Both the position numbers and the translations under genes were made by a program. The notes beneath the pieces were generated by a model, which ran no database searches, was not told where the DNA came from, and saw only the letters and a program-made list of their open reading frames with translations. This document shows positions 59,016 through 64,000 of a stretch of 64,000 nt of DNA, in pieces (position 1 is the first letter of the stretch; every line of letters begins with the position of its first letter). This DNA comes from an uncultured delta proteobacterium (GTDB lineage Bacteria; Myxococcota; Myxococcia; SLRQ01). Location of the stretch: positions 608,001 through 672,000 of the forward strand of contig CAVSGM010000003.1 in assembly GCA_963727485.1 (NCBI GenBank), in the 5' to 3' direction.

Positions 59016-59671
59016 CTCTGCTGCGGATACACGTGGCCTGGCTCCACGGCGGGCGAATCCCGCCCGCGGATCGCAGTCCATTGCACCCAGGATGAGTTTG
59101 AGGGGCACGCCGAACCGGGTGTGGGTCCAGTTGGTGCCGACCTCCTCCGCGTCGGCTCAGGGCGTTCGTCCGGGAGGTCTGACCCGTAGCCAACCCGCAC
59201 CACGGCAAGCGGTGGGGTCGGAACGGACTCATGAGAAGGTAACCGGCCATGATGAGGTGTCAACGGGGCGGGACACACGGTTGGTGGTACTCAGCGCAGC
59301 AAGGGCCAGGGCTACGAGCACGCCGAGCCGGTGATCAGGCACCCTTGCTTGGTGGAGACGGTGTCTCGACAACTGCTGTCTAGAGCAAGGTGGCCGCGCT
59401 TCCTACACTCCATATTCATGCCAAGCCGAAGCGATCCTGTGTCCGTTCCCTGTTCAGGCGCCAAGGATACGTTGGGTTGGACGTCCCGGAACGCATTTCG
59501 TGGTTGGACGAGTGGGGTCCGCCCACCGACTTGGAGGCGCGACTCGCCCGGAAGCGTCTCTGCCATTCCCGCCAGTGAGTCGTCAGCGCGCGGCTTGAGC
59601 GGGCCCCCGGTCGACGCGTCGGGAGCGCGCGCGGTGCGCCAGACTGGCCACGCGCGGGCCCAAGACCGCGG

Positions 59672-59701
59672 TTGACACGCCGGAAGCCGCCTACCTATGT
59701 T
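59672..59701 (+). promoter_or_regulatory. Putative sigma70 promoter for the leuB-thiolase-leuA operon
   Basis: TTGACA (59672-59677), 18 nt spacer, TATGTT (59696-59701). Confidence 0.55.
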
Positions 59702-59760
59702 CCCCACGCCCTCGGGCGCACCTCCTCAACTTGGCGCGCCCGGGGACGAGGAGGCTCATC

Positions 59761-60820
59761 TTGGCGCGCATCGCGGTCATCCCCGGCGACGGCATCGGCC
59801 CCGAGGTCATGGCCGAGGGCCTGAAGGTCCTGAAGGCGGTCGGTGAGGCGGAAGGTCTCGCCTTCGACACGGTCACCTTCGACTACGGCGCCGAGCGCTA
59901 CCTGAAGGACGGCACCACCCTCCCGGACGAAGGCCTCGCCGAGCTCCGGGACGCGTTCGACGCCATCCTCCTCGGGGCGCTGGGCGACCCCCGGATCCCC
60001 GACATGCGCCACGGCCGGGAGATCCTCCTGCGCCTGCGCTTCGACCTCGACCTGTTCATCAACCTGCGGCCGGTGCGCCTCCTCGACGCCCGCCTCTGCC
60101 CCCTGAAGGGCAAGGGGCCGGACGAGGTGGACCTGGTGGTGTTCCGGGAGAACACCGAGGGCATCTACGTGGGCGCCGGGGGGATCTTCAAGAAGGACAC
60201 CCCCGACGAGGTGGCCATCCAGGAGGACGTGAACACCCGCAAGGGGGTGGAGCGGATCATCCGGGCCGCCTTCGAGTACGCCCGCGAGCACGGGCGCAGG
60301 CTCGGTGTGCATGAGCGACAAGTCCAACGCCATGCGCTTCGCCGGCGACCTGTGGCAGCGCACCTTCAAGGCGGTGGCCGCCGACTACCCCAAGATCGAC
60401 GCCTTCCACCTCTTCGTCGACGTGCTGACCATGGAGCTGGTCCGGGCGCCGGAGCGCTTCGAGGTCATCGTCACCAACAACCTCTTCGGGGACATCGTCA
60501 CCGACCTCGGGGCGCAGATCGCCGGCGGCATCGGCCTGGCCGCCTCCGGGAACATCCACCCCGGCGGCGCGGCCCTCTTCGAGCCGGTCCACGGCTCGGC
60601 CCCGGACATCGCCGGCCAGGGCGTCGCCAACCCCCTGGCCACCATCCTCTCCATCCAGATGCTCCTCGAGCACCTGGGCCACGAGGGCGCCGCCGCCCGC
60701 GTCGACGCCGCCGTGCGCCGCGCCCTCGCCGAAAAGATTCTCACCCGGGAGCTCGGCGGCGACCGCTCGACCGCACAGGTCGGGGACTTCGTCGCCGCCG
60801 CCGTCCGAGCCCCCACCTGA
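59761..60820 (+). CDS. leuB: 3-isopropylmalate/isocitrate dehydrogenase family (apparent frameshift near 60301)
   Basis: IPGDGIGPEV, NLRPVR and RENTEGIY, continuing in another frame as DKSN, NLFGDIVTD and FEPVHGSAPDIAGQGVANP. TTG start after GAGGAGG. Confidence 0.88.
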
Positions 60821-60832
60821 CGGAGACACGAG

Positions 60833-62026
60833 ATGAAGAGCACCCTCGCCAAGGACATCGTCTTCCTCGCCGGCAAGCGGACCCCCTTCGGGACCTTCGG
60901 CGGCACCCTCAAGAGCCACTCGGCCACCGACCTCGGGGTCATCGCCTCCAAGGCCGCCCTCGAGCAGGCGGGGATCTCCCCGGACAAGGTGGACCACGTC
61001 ATCTTCGGGAACGTGATGCAGACCTCGCCCGACGCCATCTACCTGGCGCGGCACGTGGGCCTGAAGAGCGGGGTGCCCATCGAGCGGCCCGCCTACGTGG
61101 TCAACCGCCTCTGCGGCTCGGGCTTCCAGTCGCTGGTGAGCGGGGCCATGGAGATCCTCGTGGGCGGCGCCAACGTGGTGCTCGCCGGCGGCACCGAGTC
61201 CATGAGCATGGCGCCCCACAACATCTACGGCGCCCGCTGGGGCATCCCGCTCGGGAAGAGCGAGCTCCAGGACAGCCTGTGGTCGGCGCTCACCGACAGC
61301 TACAACGGCATGCCGATGGCGATCACCGCCGAGAACCTGGGCGTGAAGTACGAGCTCACCCAGGACCAGGTTGACGCCTACTCGGTCCGCTCCCAGAAGG
61401 CCTGGGCGGCGGCCCAGGAGGCCGGGCACTTCAAGGACGAGATCGCCCCGGTGGAGATCCAGAAGCGCAAGGAGACCCTGAGCTTCGAGGTCGACGAGCA
61501 CCCCCGGCCCCAGACCACCCTCGAGAGCCTGAAGAAGCTCCCCAAGGTGTTCAAGAAGGACGGGCTGATCCACGCGGGCGCCGCCAGCGGCATCTGCGAC
61601 GGCGCCGGGGCGATGATCGTCGCCGACGGCGCGTGGGCCGAGAAGGAGGGCGTCAAGCCCATCGGGCGGATGCTCGCCTGGGGCGTCGCCGGGGTGGAGC
61701 CCAGCCTCATGGGCATCGGGCCCGCGCCGGCCATCCGCCAGGTCCTGGAGAAGACCGGGACCGACGTCGGCGCCTGGGACCTCATCGAGGTCAACGAGGC
61801 GTTTGCGCCCCAGTACCTGGCCGTGGAGAAGGAGCTGGGCCTCGACCAGGCGAAGACCAACGTCGACGGCGGCGCCATCTCCATGGGCCATCCCCTTGGC
61901 GCGTCCGGGACGCGTATTACAATGCACCTGTTGTACGCGCTCAAGGCCCGCGGCGCCCGCTACGGGATCGGCTCCGCCTGCATCGGCGGCGGTCAGGGCA
62001 TCGCGGTGGCGGTGGAGGTTCTCTAG
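60833..62026 (+). CDS. Acetyl-CoA C-acyltransferase (thiolase)
   Basis: NRLCGSG (Cys), GGTESMS, NEAFA, GHPLGASG and CIGGGQG. Confidence 0.96.
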   Translation: MKSTLAKDIVFLAGKRTPFGTFGGTLKSHSATDLGVIASKAALEQAGISPDKVDHVIFGNVMQTSPDAIYLARHVGLKSGVPIERPAYVVNRLCGSGFQSLVSGAMEILVGGANVVLAGGTESMSMAPHNIYGARWGIPLGKSELQDSLWSALTDSYNGMPMAITAENLGVKYELTQDQVDAYSVRSQKAWAAAQEAGHFKDEIAPVEIQKRKETLSFEVDEHPRPQTTLESLKKLPKVFKKDGLIHAGAASGICDGAGAMIVADGAWAEKEGVKPIGRMLAWGVAGVEPSLMGIGPAPAIRQVLEKTGTDVGAWDLIEVNEAFAPQYLAVEKELGLDQAKTNVDGGAISMGHPLGASGTRITMHLLYALKARGARYGIGSACIGGGQGIAVAVEVL

Positions 62027-63367
62027 GTGCCCAAGAAGCACAACGGCAAGCACAGCGGCACGGCCCACCACCCGAGCGAGTCGGAGATCGTCTACGACTG
62101 GAACAAGCTCGACGTGGTGGCGCCGCTGACCCGGGGGCCGGTCGAGTTCTTCGACGAGACCCTCCGGGACGGCATCCAGTCGCCCTCGGTCACCGACCCC
62201 ACCATCGAGGACAAGCTCGAGCTCCTCCACCTGATGGACCGCCTCGGCATCGACGCCGCGGACATCAGCCTCCCCGGCGCCGGCAGGCGCGCGGTGGAGG
62301 ACACCATCGTGATGTGCGAGGAGATCGTCCGGTCCAAGCTGAAGCTGAAGCCGGCCTGCGCCGCCCGGACGGTGGTCAAGGACATCGAGCCCATCGCCGA
62401 GATCAGCCAGAAGGTCGGCATCCCCCTGGAGGTCTACGCCTTCATCGGCTCCAGCCCCATCCGCCAGTACGCCGAGGACTGGGACCTGGACCGGATGCTC
62501 AAGGCCAGCAGCGACGCCATCGACTTCTCGGTGGCCCACGACCTCCCGGTGGTCTACGTCACCGAGGACACCACCCGCAGCGCCCCCTCGACCCTCGATC
62601 GGCTCTTCCGCAACGCCATCGACCACGGGGCCACGGCCCTGTGCCTCTGCGACACCGTGGGCCACGCGACGCCGGACGGCGTGCGCCGGCTCATCCACTG
62701 GACCCGCGACCTCATCCGGGGCCTGGGCGTCGACGTGCGCATCGAGTGGCATGGCCACAACGACCGGGGCCTGGGGGTGGTCAACGCCATCTTCGCCGCC
62801 GAGTACGGGGCCAAGCGCGTCCACGGCACCGGGCTCGGGGTCGGCGAGCGGGTGGGCAACGCGGCGATGGACCAGCTGCTGCTCAACTTCAAGCTCCTCG
62901 GCGCCATCGACAACGACCTCACCGACCTCCTGCTCTACGCCCAGTCGGTGAGCCGGGCCTGCAAGGTGCCCATCCCCTACAACTACCCGCTCGCCGGCTC
63001 GGACGCCTTCCGCACCGCGACCGGCGTCCACGCCGCGGCCATCATCAAGGCCGAGACCAAGGGCGACGCCTGGCTCGCCGACCGCATCTACTCCGGCGTC
63101 CCCGCCAGCGAGTTCGGCAAGGTCCAGGAGATCGAGATCGGCCACTACTCGGGGCTCTCCAACGTGCGCTACTGGCTGCGCCAGCGGCGGCTCCCCGAGG
63201 ACGAGGCGCTCATCGAGGCCATCTTCGAGCGCGCCAAGGGCGGCAACCGGGTGCTCACCGAGGACGAGGTGATGGCGGTGGTCAACCGTCACCTCGGGGA
63301 GGCGACGGGTCGGAAGGGTGGTGCCCGCAGGCCCACCGACCCGGGGGCGGAGGCGGGGCGGCACTGA
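62027..63367 (+). CDS. LeuA-family DRE-TIM metallolyase (2-isopropylmalate synthase-like, no C-terminal regulatory domain)
   Basis: DETLRDGIQ, CDTVG, HGHNDRG, GVGERVGN and ATGVH. Confidence 0.88.
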   Translation: MPKKHNGKHSGTAHHPSESEIVYDWNKLDVVAPLTRGPVEFFDETLRDGIQSPSVTDPTIEDKLELLHLMDRLGIDAADISLPGAGRRAVEDTIVMCEEIVRSKLKLKPACAARTVVKDIEPIAEISQKVGIPLEVYAFIGSSPIRQYAEDWDLDRMLKASSDAIDFSVAHDLPVVYVTEDTTRSAPSTLDRLFRNAIDHGATALCLCDTVGHATPDGVRRLIHWTRDLIRGLGVDVRIEWHGHNDRGLGVVNAIFAAEYGAKRVHGTGLGVGERVGNAAMDQLLLNFKLLGAIDNDLTDLLLYAQSVSRACKVPIPYNYPLAGSDAFRTATGVHAAAIIKAETKGDAWLADRIYSGVPASEFGKVQEIEIGHYSGLSNVRYWLRQRRLPEDEALIEAIFERAKGGNRVLTEDEVMAVVNRHLGEATGRKGGARRPTDPGAEAGRH

Positions 63368-63417
63368 ACGCCCCATCGCCGTGAACTGGACGCGGGCTGA
63401 AGGACGGAGGTCGGGCC

Positions 63418-63633
63418 ATGACTGCAGGGCCGAACGAGTTCACGGGCGTGAAGCTCTTCTCCACCACCCTCGCCAGGGACCGGGAGGTCATGGGCGAGAC
63501 GGTGACCCGGTGGCTCAAGGAGCACCCGGGCATCGAGATCGTCGACAAGATCCTCACCCAGTCCTCCGACCGGGAGTTCCACTGCGTGGCCCTCACCCTC
63601 TTCTACCGGGAGAAGGATCCCGGAAAGAAGTAG
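63418..63633 (+). CDS. Conserved small hypothetical protein of myxobacteria
   Basis: FTGVKLFSTT.ARDRE..GE.VT.WL...QSSD.EFHC pattern recalled from Myxococcales small proteins. GGAGG RBS. Confidence 0.7.
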   Translation: MTAGPNEFTGVKLFSTTLARDREVMGETVTRWLKEHPGIEIVDKILTQSSDREFHCVALTLFYREKDPGKK

Positions 63634-63640
63634 CCCGCCG

Positions 63641-64000
63641 ATGAATCCGCAGGGCATGGGCGGGGGCCAGGGGCCCCTGGGGATGATGCTCACCCCCTGG
63701 GTGAAGCGTCTGATGATCGCCACCGGGGTGCTCTCGGTCATCGGGGGCGTGGCGATGGCGTGGATGCACTCGCCGGCGCCCCTCTACTTCGTCCTCGAGC
63801 CGGCGGCGGTCTACGGGCGGGGCGCGGTGCTGCCCGGCATCCCGGCCATCTGGCAGCTGTTCACCTACCCCTTCTTCGCCCTCGAGCCGTTGGGCCTCAT
63901 CTTCGGGCTCCTGCTCTACGGCTGGTTCGCCGGGGCCCTCGAGGACTGGTGGGGCTCCAAGCGGTTCCTGCGCTTCTTCCTCATCGTGAGCATCGGGGCC
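63641..64000 (+). CDS. Rhomboid-superfamily membrane protein, truncated by the window end
   Basis: LTPWVKRL, WQLFTYPF and LEDWWGSKRFLRFF are rhomboid/DUF1751-type motifs. Frame is open to the window end. Confidence 0.75.
   Translation, partial: MNPQGMGGGQGPLGMMLTPWVKRLMIATGVLSVIGGVAMAWMHSPAPLYFVLEPAAVYGRGAVLPGIPAIWQLFTYPFFALEPLGLIFGLLLYGWFAGALEDWWGSKRFLRFFLIVSIGA

Overview
Very GC-rich, gene-dense bacterial chromosome segment. Gene content points to Myxococcota/'Deltaproteobacteria': a TIGR04551-like barrel, Cys-rich myxobacterial-type lipoproteins, a mevalonate operon and a conserved myxobacterial small protein. Most of the window is housekeeping: spmA/B-like, dppA, argH-lptM-lysA-dapA-dapB-folK, kdsD, transaldolase, TetR-acyl-CoA dehydrogenase-etfBA, moxR-DUF58-transglutaminase, rluA-family, heavy-metal RND (czc/cus-like), PBP1A, HDAC, MCP, aat, tatBC, fni-mvk-mvaD-pmk-HMGR, leuB-thiolase-leuA-like. 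About seven genes carry single-base frameshifts that look like long-read assembly errors. The standout is 19.8-30.1 kb. It holds a stand-alone PqqD/RRE gene, a 2315-aa Ig-repeat/FN3/FG-GAP surface lipoprotein, and a 53-aa peptide missing from the ORF track (27203-27364) with a lasso-like leader (YAPP...LT) but no ring-forming Asp/Glu. An HPr-kinase-like P-loop protein, a sulfotransferase-like protein and an S24/S26 peptidase-GNAT fusion follow. No lasso cyclase or radical SAM enzyme is in the window. The adhesin's beta-propeller tip, the peptide and the modifying enzymes share an atypical, more AT-rich codon usage, suggesting an exchangeable cassette. This is a candidate undescribed RRE-dependent peptide-modification system linked to a giant surface protein. 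No rRNA, tRNA, CRISPR array or transposase was recognised. All family calls come from motif recognition by eye, not database searches.
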